A DNA stretch of 32,000 nucleotides from an uncultured Actinomycetes bacterium (GTDB taxonomy: Bacteria; Actinomycetota; Actinomycetes; S36-B12; CAIYMF01), in assembly GCA_963843975.1 (NCBI GenBank), contig CAWJMG010000003.1, forward strand, positions 1,500,001 through 1,532,000, read 5' to 3'. Positions 16,689-25,341 of this stretch are shown here, one piece after another. The notes under the pieces were generated by a model. The model was given only the letters and a program-made list of their open reading frames with translations, was not told the origin of the DNA and did no database searches. Each line of letters opens with the position of its first letter. Position 1 is the first letter of the stretch. The position numbers and the translations under genes are program-made.

Positions 16689-18041
16689 TCAGCCCTTGAC
16701 GCAGCCGTCCACGTTCTCGGGCAGCTTGCCCTGCGACCAACCGTCCGGGCACGCCGCGCGGGTGATGTAGCGACGCGACGCATCCTGCTCGAAACCGGCC
16801 AGGTACTCAGCCGTGTACGGTGTTGCGACGTCCTTGGCGTTCGGCTCACCGCTCTTGGCGGCCGACAGTGAAGCCTCGGGGAGCATCACGTTGAAGATGT
16901 CCGCGGTCTCCTCGTCCCCGACCTTGCCGTCGGGGAAGACGTTGCAGCCGTCGACCTGGTAGTCGCCTTCGCACACCTTCACGTTGTCCTTCGTCACGAC
17001 GGTGTAGGGCACCTCGATGTCCTTCGGGATGCCGTCCGTGCCCGTGAGCAGCAGCGCGAGCATCACCTTCATGGCAATGCCTCCCTGAGCCGGGGGCGAC
17101 CCGATGCTGATCCCCGGCCAGCCGTTGAGCAACTGGGTCCGGAAGTAGTTCGAGGTCTCACCGCTGACGGGGATGGTCTTGCCCTCGGCCTTCAGCGCCT
17201 TCACGCAACCGGACTCGCCGTAGCCGCAGAAGATGCCGGACACGTTCGGGAAGGAGCTCAGCGCCTTTGCCGTCTCCTTCTGCTGCTGCGCACTGTCCCA
17301 CTTGCCCTCGTACTCGGTGAGGATCTTCGTGCTCGGGGCGATGTTCTGCAGCGCCGCGAGCGCCGAGCCGTAGTGCACGATGTCGGTTGAGGTTCCGACA
17401 ACGCCGTGCGACACGAAGATGTCGCCCTGCTTGTTCATCAGCTCGAGCAGACCGGCCATGGCGTTGTAGCCCATGAAGGGGTGCTCTGCCGGCTGGCCGT
17501 TGGGCAGCGTCGGCACGCTCGTGATGTAGGAGACGTTGTAGATGCACGGCTCGGTGGCCGTGGCGTCGTAGACGATGACCGTGACCCCCTGGTCGCAAGC
17601 CTCCTTGTACGCCGAGTTGATGGCCGTCGGGGAGAGCGCGTAGCTGAGGATGCCGTCGGCTCCGGCTGCCACCATGGACTGCACCTGTGAGATCTGAGCC
17701 TGCGGGTCGGGCTCGGTGAGCTCCTTACGGACCTCGACGCAGCCGTTGTACGGTGCCATCTTCGCCACGGCGAGTCCGAGGTTCTCGGCCTCCTCCTGCC
17801 AGGAGTTGCCGATGTTGAGCGCGGTCATGTAGACGATGTACTTGTCGCCACCGGCACGCGGAGGAGCTGGATGCTCGGCAGCGCACGGGTCGGACGCGGC
17901 AGCGGCGCCACCGGTCGAGCTCTGACTGGTGCCGGGTGCTGCGGTCGAGGAGGTGTCTGACGTCGTAGCGCTCCCGCAGGCGCTCAGCATCAGTGCACCG
18001 GCGGCGGCCATGACAGCCAGCGCCTTCCAGTTGTTCTTCAT
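16689..18041 (-). CDS. ABC transporter substrate-binding lipoprotein (type I periplasmic-binding fold, CUT2 sugar-type), unusually long
   Basis: ATG 18041 has GAAGGGA 5 nt upstream. The signal peptide carries a lipobox (MLSAC) and is followed by a Ser/Thr-rich linker. The PBP core includes YIVYMTALNIGNSWQ, GADGILSYAL and GVTVIVYD. A C-terminal extension of about 110 aa carries extra Cys pairs. Confidence 0.82.
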   Translation of the reverse strand: MKNNWKALAVMAAAGALMLSACGSATTSDTSSTAAPGTSQSSTGGAAAASDPCAAEHPAPPRAGGDKYIVYMTALNIGNSWQEEAENLGLAVAKMAPYNGCVEVRKELTEPDPQAQISQVQSMVAAGADGILSYALSPTAINSAYKEACDQGVTVIVYDATATEPCIYNVSYITSVPTLPNGQPAEHPFMGYNAMAGLLELMNKQGDIFVSHGVVGTSTDIVHYGSALAALQNIAPSTKILTEYEGKWDSAQQQKETAKALSSFPNVSGIFCGYGESGCVKALKAEGKTIPVSGETSNYFRTQLLNGWPGISIGSPPAQGGIAMKVMLALLLTGTDGIPKDIEVPYTVVTKDNVKVCEGDYQVDGCNVFPDGKVGDEETADIFNVMLPEASLSAAKSGEPNAKDVATPYTAEYLAGFEQDASRRYITRAACPDGWSQGKLPENVDGCVKG

Positions 18042-18101
18042 TCGGATCCCTTCGATGCGGTGACGAGTCCCCTTGGAGTCCACTGGGGAACTCCCTCTAC
18101 T

Positions 18102-19076
18102 TCACTTCCTGCGGCTGAATCCACCGGCGCGTGTGGTGAGGAGGGCCACGAGAACGACTACGCCGTACAGGACTGACTTCCAGCCTTCGGAGAACCCTGT
18201 GGCACCAATCACCACAGTGATCGCTGTCAGCAGAACCGTGGCGGCCACGGTGCTCTGCCAGACGCCTCGCCCGCTCCCGATCATCGTGCCGCCCACGAGG
18301 ACTGCCGAGATGGCGGGCATGAGCCATTCGTCGCCGAGGCTCAGCTGTGCATTGCCGGAGAAACCGAGAAGCATCACTCCGGCGATGCCCGCACCGAGAC
18401 CGCACAAGGCGTAGATCCCGATGAGGATTCGATCGGTCGGGCGACCAGCGATCCGGGACGCCTCCGCCGAGCTTCCGACGAGATAGGCGTTGCGGCCGAA
18501 CCGCCCCTTCATCTGGAGTCCATATCCAAAGAGCGACACCAGGATGAAGAAGAAGACAGGGATCCCGATCCCAAACCACTCGCCCGCGCCGCTGAACAGC
18601 GTGACCACAAGGTCAGGCGCCGCGGGCGCCTTGCGGCCGAACGTCCAGCCGATGGTGAGGCCGACCAGGATCCCGTTGACGGCGAGCGTCACGATGAACG
18701 CCGGGATGTCAAACTTCGCGACGAGATAGCCGTTGAAGTTGCCGACGACGAACGACGCGGCAAGTGCCAGGGCGACGGCGACTACCACGTTGAGGCCGTA
18801 GACGCTCGTGCCCAGCGCAGTGATCGTCGCGGACAGGGCGACCACTCCGGGGACTGACAGATCAAGGCCGCCCGTGAGCATCACGAGGCCCTGCCCCAGC
18901 GCAATCACGGCGATGAAGAGGCTGAAGGTGAGGATGCTCTCGACAGCGCGCCAGGAGGGAAGCGACTCGCTGACGAGGCGTCCGGCCACCAGAACCACGA
19001 CCGCGAGACCGGCAATGATCAGCGGACGCCAGAAGCCTTGTGAGGTGAATCGACGGGGCACGACCACGGTGGACAT
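18102..19076 (-). CDS. ABC transporter permease (CUT2/ribose-type)
   Basis: 324 aa and polytopic. It resembles RbsC/branched-type permeases (LTGGLDLSVPGVVAL..., GGTMIGSGRG). Its ATG shares one nt with the upstream permease stop (TGATG at 19074-19078). Confidence 0.88.
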   Translation of the reverse strand: MSTVVVPRRFTSQGFWRPLIIAGLAVVVLVAGRLVSESLPSWRAVESILTFSLFIAVIALGQGLVMLTGGLDLSVPGVVALSATITALGTSVYGLNVVVAVALALAASFVVGNFNGYLVAKFDIPAFIVTLAVNGILVGLTIGWTFGRKAPAAPDLVVTLFSGAGEWFGIGIPVFFFILVSLFGYGLQMKGRFGRNAYLVGSSAEASRIAGRPTDRILIGIYALCGLGAGIAGVMLLGFSGNAQLSLGDEWLMPAISAVLVGGTMIGSGRGVWQSTVAATVLLTAITVVIGATGFSEGWKSVLYGVVVLVALLTTRAGGFSRRK

Positions 19077-20086
19077 CAGACCGCTCCCTCAGTGGCAACA
19101 GGCGCCTCGAGCGGCATGGGTCGAAGCGAGAGGAACTGCCGCGTCAGCTGGCGCCGGGCTGCAATCGCGCCCACAAGGACGGCGAGGATGATGATCACGC
19201 CGGTCACGACCTGTGCCATCCAGTTGCTCACCTGGAGCACGAAGAGAAGCTTCGGCATGGCCACGAGGATCAAGGCCCCGAATAGCGTGCCCACGCCCGA
19301 GCCGCTGCCGCCGATGAACGCGGTGCCGCCGATCGCGACAGCCGCGAAGGTCGAGAGCAGGAATGAGTTGCCGATCGTCGCGTCACCCGTCTCGGTGCTG
19401 ATCGAGAGCAGGATCCCGGCAAGCGCATAGAGCCCGCCGGCTGCCGCGAAAAGGGTGATACGGACCGGCTTGATCGCGACTCCTGACAGGTGCAGCGCCT
19501 CTTCATCCTCGCCGAGGGCGAACATGTAGAGGCCGAGCCGCATGCGGCGGAAGACCATCCACGCGAGCCCGATGATGACAATGATGATCAGGGCCCTCGG
19601 GATGAACAGGTGCCCCTTGACCGCGTTGACGAGTTCCTTGGGGACCGTCCCTCCGGGTTGCGGCAGCAGCACGAGAGACAGGCCCTGAAGGATGATGAGC
19701 GTCGCCAGGGTCACTGCGATGGCAGGCAACCTGCCGTAGACGACGAGCAGCCCGTTCACAGCGCCGATCCCCGCACCGATCAGGAGCAGGAGCACGGCCA
19801 TGAGCCACGGGTTCATGCCCTTGAACGTGGTGACCACCAGGACATCCACCAGCGTGACAACGCCCGCGGCCGACAGGTCGAACTGGCCCATGATGATCAC
19901 CAGCGTCACGCCGATCGCCGCGACGATGAGCGGTAGAGCGAGGATCAGATACCCCTCGATCAGGCGGGAGCTGAGTCCGCCCAGCTGGAACCGCGACCAG
20001 AGGATGACGATCAGTGCGAGGAAGATCGCGGCACGAGCGGTACCGCTCGCTCCGACGCGTCGGAGCGAGCTCCCGATGGCGCTCAC
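19076..20086 (-). CDS. ABC transporter permease (CUT2/ribose-type), paralogue of the downstream permease
   Basis: 336 aa and polytopic (GQFDLSAAGVVTL..., IGGTAFIGGSGSG). Its GTG start overlaps the ATPase stop (GTGA at 20083-20086). Confidence 0.88.
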   Translation of the reverse strand: MSAIGSSLRRVGASGTARAAIFLALIVILWSRFQLGGLSSRLIEGYLILALPLIVAAIGVTLVIIMGQFDLSAAGVVTLVDVLVVTTFKGMNPWLMAVLLLLIGAGIGAVNGLLVVYGRLPAIAVTLATLIILQGLSLVLLPQPGGTVPKELVNAVKGHLFIPRALIIIVIIGLAWMVFRRMRLGLYMFALGEDEEALHLSGVAIKPVRITLFAAAGGLYALAGILLSISTETGDATIGNSFLLSTFAAVAIGGTAFIGGSGSGVGTLFGALILVAMPKLLFVLQVSNWMAQVVTGVIIILAVLVGAIAARRQLTRQFLSLRPMPLEAPVATEGAV

Positions 20087-21609
20087 GCGATCAGCTCCCC
20101 GCCGTTGTGAGTGCCGGCGACGTGGCCCACGGCGGCAGACATGATGTTTCCCTCTCGGATGTCAGCACCGCTGAACTCGGCCGCCACCTTGCCCGCGTAC
20201 AGGACGATCACTCGATCGCAGAGGCCCACCAGCTCAGGGATCTCCGTGGAGTACAAGAGGATCGCCCCACCGGCCTCTGCTGCCCGTCGGAGCGTCCCGT
20301 AGACCTCCAGCTTCGCCGACGGGTCGATGCCTCTGGTCGGGTCGAACATCAGAAGCACCTGCGACGACGTCAGCGCGGTTCGTCCGAGGATGGACTTCTG
20401 CTGGTTCCCACCAGACAGCTGGCCCACCTCGCGGAGGAGGTATTCGGCCGGCAGTTTCGCGTCATCGCCGGTCTCCTGTGCGAGCTTGAGCTCTTTCTTG
20501 CTGCTGATGAAGCCGAAGCGACTGATCCGACCGAGGGCGGTCGACGTGATGTTCTGGGACGTCGGAAGGTCCGAGAACAGCCCTTCCCGCTTGCGCTCCT
20601 CCGGAACCAGTGCGATGCCGCTGCCTCCTTGCATTGCCGAGCGCGGAGAACGGAGATCGACCGGCTCGCCGTTGATGGTCGCGTCCCCCGCCGTCAGCCG
20701 GACCGCGCCTGCGAGGCCGTAGAAGAGCTCCCGCTGCCCCTGCCCCTCGAGCCCCGCTACACCGACGATCTCGCCCTCACGGATGTCGAGGTCGACGTGC
20801 CGGACTCGGCTCCCCACAGTGATGTCGTGAGCCGACAGGACCACCGGCTCATCGCCCGTGAGCGGTTCGGCCCGAGGCGGGAAGGCGAGGTCGATCGACC
20901 TGCCGATCATCTGGGAGATGAGGACGTTGGGGTCGAAGTCGGGGTCGTCGAAGCTACCGACGATGAGGCCGTTGCGCATGATCGTCCCGCGGTGGCACAG
21001 CTGCTGGATCTCGCGAAGCTTGTGCGAGATGTAGACGACGGTCGTGCCTTCCTCCACCAGCGCACGGACGTGTCCGAAGAGCCACTCCGTCTCGGGCAGC
21101 GCTGCCGTCGGCTCGTCGAGGATGAGGATCGGCGGTCGGAGGTACATGGCGCGCACGAGCTCAAGACGCTGCTTGGCGCTCAGCGGGAGAGTGCTCACAG
21201 GTGCGTCCGCCGGCAGGTCGTCCACACCCCACTCGTCGAGGATCTCCTGCGCCTTGCGGGTGACCAGCCGTCGCGTGACGACACCAAATGTCTTCGGCAG
21301 GTCGGAGATCAGGAGGTTCTCGGCGACGGTCAGGTTGTTCAGGAGAGAGAGCTCCTGAAACGAGGTGCTGATGCCGGCATGCCGCGATGACGCCGGGTGC
21401 CCGAACACCAGTTCCTTGCCGTCGACGGTGACGGATCCGGCATCCGGCGTCACCATGCCAGAGAGGCACTTCACCAGCGTCGACTTCCCGGCCCCGTTCT
21501 CGCCGACGATCGCGTGGATCTCGCCTTGCTGCAGTGTGAGTGAAGCGTCCTTGAGCGCGATCGCGTCGCCGTACGCCTTCGACAGGCCGACGACCTCGAG
21601 AGCATTCAC
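20083..21609 (-). CDS. ABC transporter ATP-binding protein with duplicated ATPase domains (RbsA/MglA/XylG-like)
   Basis: GTG 21609 has AAGGAGAA 7 nt upstream. Domain 1 has Walker A GENGAGKST and Walker B ILILDEPTAAL. Domain 2 has a degenerate Walker A (GLEGQGQRE), the signature LSGGNQQK and Walker B LLMFDPTRGID. Confidence 0.9.
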   Translation of the reverse strand: MNALEVVGLSKAYGDAIALKDASLTLQQGEIHAIVGENGAGKSTLVKCLSGMVTPDAGSVTVDGKELVFGHPASSRHAGISTSFQELSLLNNLTVAENLLISDLPKTFGVVTRRLVTRKAQEILDEWGVDDLPADAPVSTLPLSAKQRLELVRAMYLRPPILILDEPTAALPETEWLFGHVRALVEEGTTVVYISHKLREIQQLCHRGTIMRNGLIVGSFDDPDFDPNVLISQMIGRSIDLAFPPRAEPLTGDEPVVLSAHDITVGSRVRHVDLDIREGEIVGVAGLEGQGQRELFYGLAGAVRLTAGDATINGEPVDLRSPRSAMQGGSGIALVPEERKREGLFSDLPTSQNITSTALGRISRFGFISSKKELKLAQETGDDAKLPAEYLLREVGQLSGGNQQKSILGRTALTSSQVLLMFDPTRGIDPSAKLEVYGTLRRAAEAGGAILLYSTEIPELVGLCDRVIVLYAGKVAAEFSGADIREGNIMSAAVGHVAGTHNGGELIA

Positions 21610-21664
21610 GCGCGACTTCTCCTTACCACTGGGGTGGTGACTAGTGGTACGCACACCGGAGCCG

Positions 21665-21678
21665 CTTCGCTAGCGAAG
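21665..21678. promoter_or_regulatory. 14-bp perfect palindrome CTTCGCTAGCGAAG in the AT-richer leader upstream of the ABC operon
   Basis: It lies about 55-70 nt upstream of the ATPase start in the 200-nt gap between the ligase stop (21811) and the ATPase start (21609). A second inverted repeat, ACCACT-N12-AGTGGT (21625-21648), abuts the ribosome-binding site. Confidence 0.25.
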
Positions 21679-21810
21679 GGACGGATTCGTTACCTGGGTT
21701 GCCGAACCGTGATGTACAGCGTCGGTAGTGGTCGTGTGGCACCGAAAGGTATCCCCGACCTAGCCGCGAATCTCTGTGGCGCAGCACAAGATGCCCGGAC
21801 GTCGTTGGTG

Positions 21811-23134
21811 TCAGCCCACGACGCGCTCTATCAGCCTTTCCTTCTGCGCACCCGGCCGCTCGATCGACCCCTCGGGTACGAGCGAGACGTTCGTGCGCAC
21901 CGTGAGCGCATCCCGCACGGCGTCCTCGATCTGTCGCGCCAGCTCGCCGTGCGCGTGCACGTCCGAGCCGGCGACCTCCACCCGCGCCGAGAGTGCCTGG
22001 TACGTGCTGTGGCCCACGAAGTCGATGTCGAGCTTCAGATATCCCGTGGTCCGCGGCCGGAAGCCCATGACGACCTCCTTGATCGCGGCCGGGAAGACGT
22101 TGACGCCTCGAACGATGAGCATGTCGTCGGCCCTGCCGTGGGCCTTGATGCGATACCCCGTGCGCCCGCACCGGCATGCGGTCGAGGTGACGGTGACGAC
22201 GTCGCCCATCCGGTAGCGCATGAGAGGTGTCGCCCTGCGCCGCAGGGTCGTATAGACGAGCTCGCCCGACACGCCCTCCTCGACTGGAAGCGGTTCCAGG
22301 GTGTCGGGATCGATGATCTCGACGTGCAACGCGGCCTGCGAGCAGAGGTGCATGCCATCCTTCTCGTCGCACTCGGCCCAGTACGTCGATCCGAAATCGG
22401 CGCCGCCCATCATGTCCCGCACGTCGGCGTTCCAGAGGGACTCCATCTGCTGTCGGATCGCCGGCTCGCCTGCGCCGGGCTCGCCCCCGACCGAGATCTT
22501 GCGTACCGAGAAGCTCCGTCGCGTCCTTTCCGAGCACGTCCCGGGCCGCCGCGCCCAGGTGCGCAACCATGGACGGTGTCGCGCACATCGCCACGGGCTT
22601 CAGGTGGTCTATGGCGCGCAGCAGACGCTCCGTGCCCGACTCCGCTCCGAGCGGGATCACGGCACAGCCGAGGTGCTGCAGGTGCTCGACGTTGACGAGC
22701 CCCCCGACGAATCCTCGACCCATCGCGTACGCGTGCATCACCCAGTCGCGAGGGCGGAACCCGTTTGCGTAGAAGACCCGGGCCCCCATCGCGTTCCAGG
22801 TCTCGAGATCCTCCGAGGTGGCCGCGACGAATGTCGGCGTGCCCGTCGTCCCGGAGGAGGACTGGATCTGCACGATCTCGTCGAGTGCGGCCGCGACGTG
22901 CAGCCCTAGCGGCGGACGGGTGACGAGGCTCTGTCGCACCTCGTCCTTCGTCGTGAACGGCATCTCCGCCAGATCCCGAAGCGAGCCGATCCTGGGACGA
23001 ACCTCGGCGAGCTTCTGCTGGTAGAACTCGGACCTCGCCATCACGTAGTCCATCTGCTCCTGGAACAGACGCTCGTGCACCGCCTCGACCTCGGCCCATG
23101 GCTGGGCCTCGATCGGATCGAAGACGTCGGCCAC
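21811..23134 (-). pseudogene. Phenylacetate-CoA ligase / coenzyme F390 synthetase family (PaaK-like) adenylate-forming enzyme, interrupted by an apparent 1-nt insertion near 22510-22513
   Basis: The N-terminal about 207 aa read in the frame of ORF 21641..23821, from GTG 23134 (AAGGTGG upstream; includes the SSSGTTGTPT AMP motif). The C-terminal about 233 aa read in the frame of ORF 21811..22566 (KISVGGEPG..., LMRYRMGD, MLIVRGVNVFP). The junction reads ...GKDATEL | SVRKISVGGEP. Removing one base gives a continuous 440-aa product. Confidence 0.8.
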
Positions 23135-23138
23135 AGCG

Positions 23139-24161
23139 TCACACCACCTTGCGGATCTCGTCGGGAAGGCCGTACATGCGGAACTCCGGGACGACGCCCT
23201 GGCCGAAGAGCTGGATCGCCTTGGCGGTCTGGCCCGCGTGCATCGTGTGGTACGCGAGACGCGCCACCAGGTAGTTGACGCCGAGCTCCGCCTGGTAGCG
23301 GTACAGCTGCTCGATGCATGTGTCGGGGTCGCCGATGACGAACCTGTCGGCCGCGTAGTCCTCGAAGGTCGTGAACTCCTGGACCTCGCCCGACGCGGCG
23401 AACTGCCGGTAGAGGGAGTCGAGCGCAGGCCGTGCGTGCTCGAGCGCCTCTGCCGTCGTGGGTGCCACGAACACCTCGCGTGCGAGGGGAACGATCTCGC
23501 CGGCGCGGGGAGTGCGTCCGACGTAGAGCGGGCGGAGCTCCTCGAGCGACAGGTGCGCGGAGCCGAAGTGCGGAAGGCCTTCCGCCGCGGCCGCACGGGC
23601 CGCAGTGTCCCCTCCCGCCAGCCACATCGGCATCTCCAGCTGAGCAGGCTTGGGCTGCACCGATATCGAGTGGAGGCCGGCCGCCACGGTGTGCGCCTCC
23701 AACTCTCCGGGGATCGTGTGGAACTCGCTGTGATGGTTGAAGGGGTTGGGCCCCCAAGACTTGCGGAGGACGGCGATGTCGTCGCGGATCCGCTCGACGC
23801 TGTTCTGGCCGCGCCAGCCACGGGCCACCTCGTCGGAGGCCACCTGGCCCGCGACGATCACGCGGCCGTTGGAGATGTTGTCGATGCAGGCGACCTCCTC
23901 GGCGACGTAGATCGCGTTGACGAGCCCGAGGATGGGCATCATCCCGATGCGCAGGTGGGTCGTCCGGTGGGCCAGCGCAGCGGCCACGACGGACGACGAC
24001 GCATTGAACGACGACGCCGTGAAGTTGCGCTCGTCGACCCATACGGAGTCGAACCCCCACCACTCGGCGATCACTGCCTGCTCGAGGGCCTCCTCGTACA
24101 CGTCGACGTGGTTCTTCCCAGCCGCCGCCTCGATGGTGAGCGGACCCAGTCCGAAACGCAT
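23139..24161 (-). CDS. Luciferase-like monooxygenase (LLM) family flavin/F420-dependent oxidoreductase, 'B-type' subunit, copy 1
   Basis: 340 aa. ATG 24161 has a GAGGAG ribosome-binding site. MRFGLGP...WGFDSVWVDER...RIGMMPILGL...YVAEE are TIM-barrel LLM signatures. It is a paralogue of 30488..31531. Confidence 0.88.
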   Translation of the reverse strand: MRFGLGPLTIEAAAGKNHVDVYEEALEQAVIAEWWGFDSVWVDERNFTASSFNASSSVVAAALAHRTTHLRIGMMPILGLVNAIYVAEEVACIDNISNGRVIVAGQVASDEVARGWRGQNSVERIRDDIAVLRKSWGPNPFNHHSEFHTIPGELEAHTVAAGLHSISVQPKPAQLEMPMWLAGGDTAARAAAAEGLPHFGSAHLSLEELRPLYVGRTPRAGEIVPLAREVFVAPTTAEALEHARPALDSLYRQFAASGEVQEFTTFEDYAADRFVIGDPDTCIEQLYRYQAELGVNYLVARLAYHTMHAGQTAKAIQLFGQGVVPEFRMYGLPDEIRKVV

Positions 24162-24189
24162 GGTGTCTCCTCAGTCGCTGTGTCAGGCG

Positions 24190-25236
24190 TCAGACGTACG
24201 GGATGACTTCGGTGGCCAGCAGTTCGAGCGACCGCAGGTACTTCTTCCGCGGGAGCGAGTCGAACCTCGTGCCGAAGATGATGTGGTCGACGCCGGTGGC
24301 AGCGATCTCACGGACACCGCGCAGCACGCGCTCGGGTCGCCCGATCGTGCGCTCGTGGACGGAGACGAGCTTCGCCGCCGCGGCGTCGAGCTCGCGCGGC
24401 CGGTCGAAGCCGACGGGCTCGCCTTCGTCGTCGACGAGGTAGCGCCAGCCGCCGAGCTGCTCACGGAGCAGGAACCGCAACGACGGGAGTGCCTCGCGGT
24501 ACGCCTCCTCGTCCGTCTCCGCGACCCATCCGCGCCGCAGCACCGCGATCTTGGCGCCGGAGTCGGACGTGCCGAACTCCTCCTGCGAGGTCCGGTAGAG
24601 CTCGATGTGGTGGCGCATCTGCTCGAGGGTGAGAGCGTCGGACAGGATGATCGAGGCCCCGAGGCGCGCCGCGCGCTTCACCGGGTTGGTGCCCACGGCG
24701 GCGATCCAGATCGGGATCTCGCGCTGGATCGGCTTGGGGGTCACCGACACGTCGGGGACCTGGAACTGCTGGCCCTCGAAGCTCACCGGGGAGTCGCCCC
24801 AGGCGCGCTTGAGGACCTCCACCCCCTCCTCGAACCGGGGACGGCGGGTCCGGCGGTCGATGTTGAAGCCGTCGAACTCGTTGTCGCGGTAACCCAGGCC
24901 GAGGCCGAGATCGAGACGGCCTCCCGACAGCTGGTCCACGACGGCCGCCTGGTGCGCGACCCGCAGGGCCTCGTGCTCGCTGAACAGGAGCGTCGACTGC
25001 CCGATCCGGATGTGCTTGGTGGCGGCGGCGATGCCACCGGCGACGGTAAGGAGCGAGGGGCAGTAGCCGTCGTACCAGAAGTGGTGCTCGGTCTGCCAGA
25101 TCGTATGGATCGTGCGCAGCTCGTCGACGAACTGCGCGTCCTCCATCAGCTCGTTGTAGAGGTAGGAGAAGTGACGCGGCCCCGCCTTCGTGGACTGGAG
25201 GCTCCAGATGCCGACCCCGATCTCAACCTTCCCCAT
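24190..25236 (-). CDS. Luciferase-like monooxygenase (LLM) family oxidoreductase, 'A-type' subunit, copy 1
   Basis: 348 aa. ATG 25236 has GAAGGAG 6 nt upstream. It contains IGVGIWS...WQTEHHF...RIGQSTLL...QLSGGRLDLGLGLGY. It is a paralogue of the partial gene at 31533..32000. Confidence 0.88.
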   Translation of the reverse strand: MGKVEIGVGIWSLQSTKAGPRHFSYLYNELMEDAQFVDELRTIHTIWQTEHHFWYDGYCPSLLTVAGGIAAATKHIRIGQSTLLFSEHEALRVAHQAAVVDQLSGGRLDLGLGLGYRDNEFDGFNIDRRTRRPRFEEGVEVLKRAWGDSPVSFEGQQFQVPDVSVTPKPIQREIPIWIAAVGTNPVKRAARLGASIILSDALTLEQMRHHIELYRTSQEEFGTSDSGAKIAVLRRGWVAETDEEAYREALPSLRFLLREQLGGWRYLVDDEGEPVGFDRPRELDAAAAKLVSVHERTIGRPERVLRGVREIAATGVDHIIFGTRFDSLPRKKYLRSLELLATEVIPYV

Positions 25237-25287
25237 GAGGGACTCCTTCGGTGCGTGCCGCGGGCGCTGCAGACGGACGGATGTGTT

Positions 25288-25303
25288 TACTACCCTCGTA
25301 GTA
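25288..25303. promoter_or_regulatory. Inverted repeat TACTAC-CCTC-GTAGTA in an AT-richer patch upstream of LLM-A1 (candidate operator or internal promoter)
   Basis: It lies 52-67 nt upstream of the LLM-A1 start, inside the 105-nt gap after the 3-hydroxyacyl-CoA dehydrogenase gene. A direct GTAGGG repeat sits nearby (25301-25306 and 25312-25317). Confidence 0.3.
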
Positions 25304-25341
25304 GGGCGACTGTAGGGACGGCCCCACCGCGGGGCAATGCG

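Noticed and set aside
21641-23821. A 726-aa minus-strand ORF spanning the ligase, part of LLM-B1 and the ABC leader.
   Set aside because: Only residues encoded between about 23134 and 22516 match an adenylate-forming enzyme. The N-terminal part is out-of-frame read-through of LLM-B1, and the C-terminal part is Arg/Gly-rich sequence after the frameshift.
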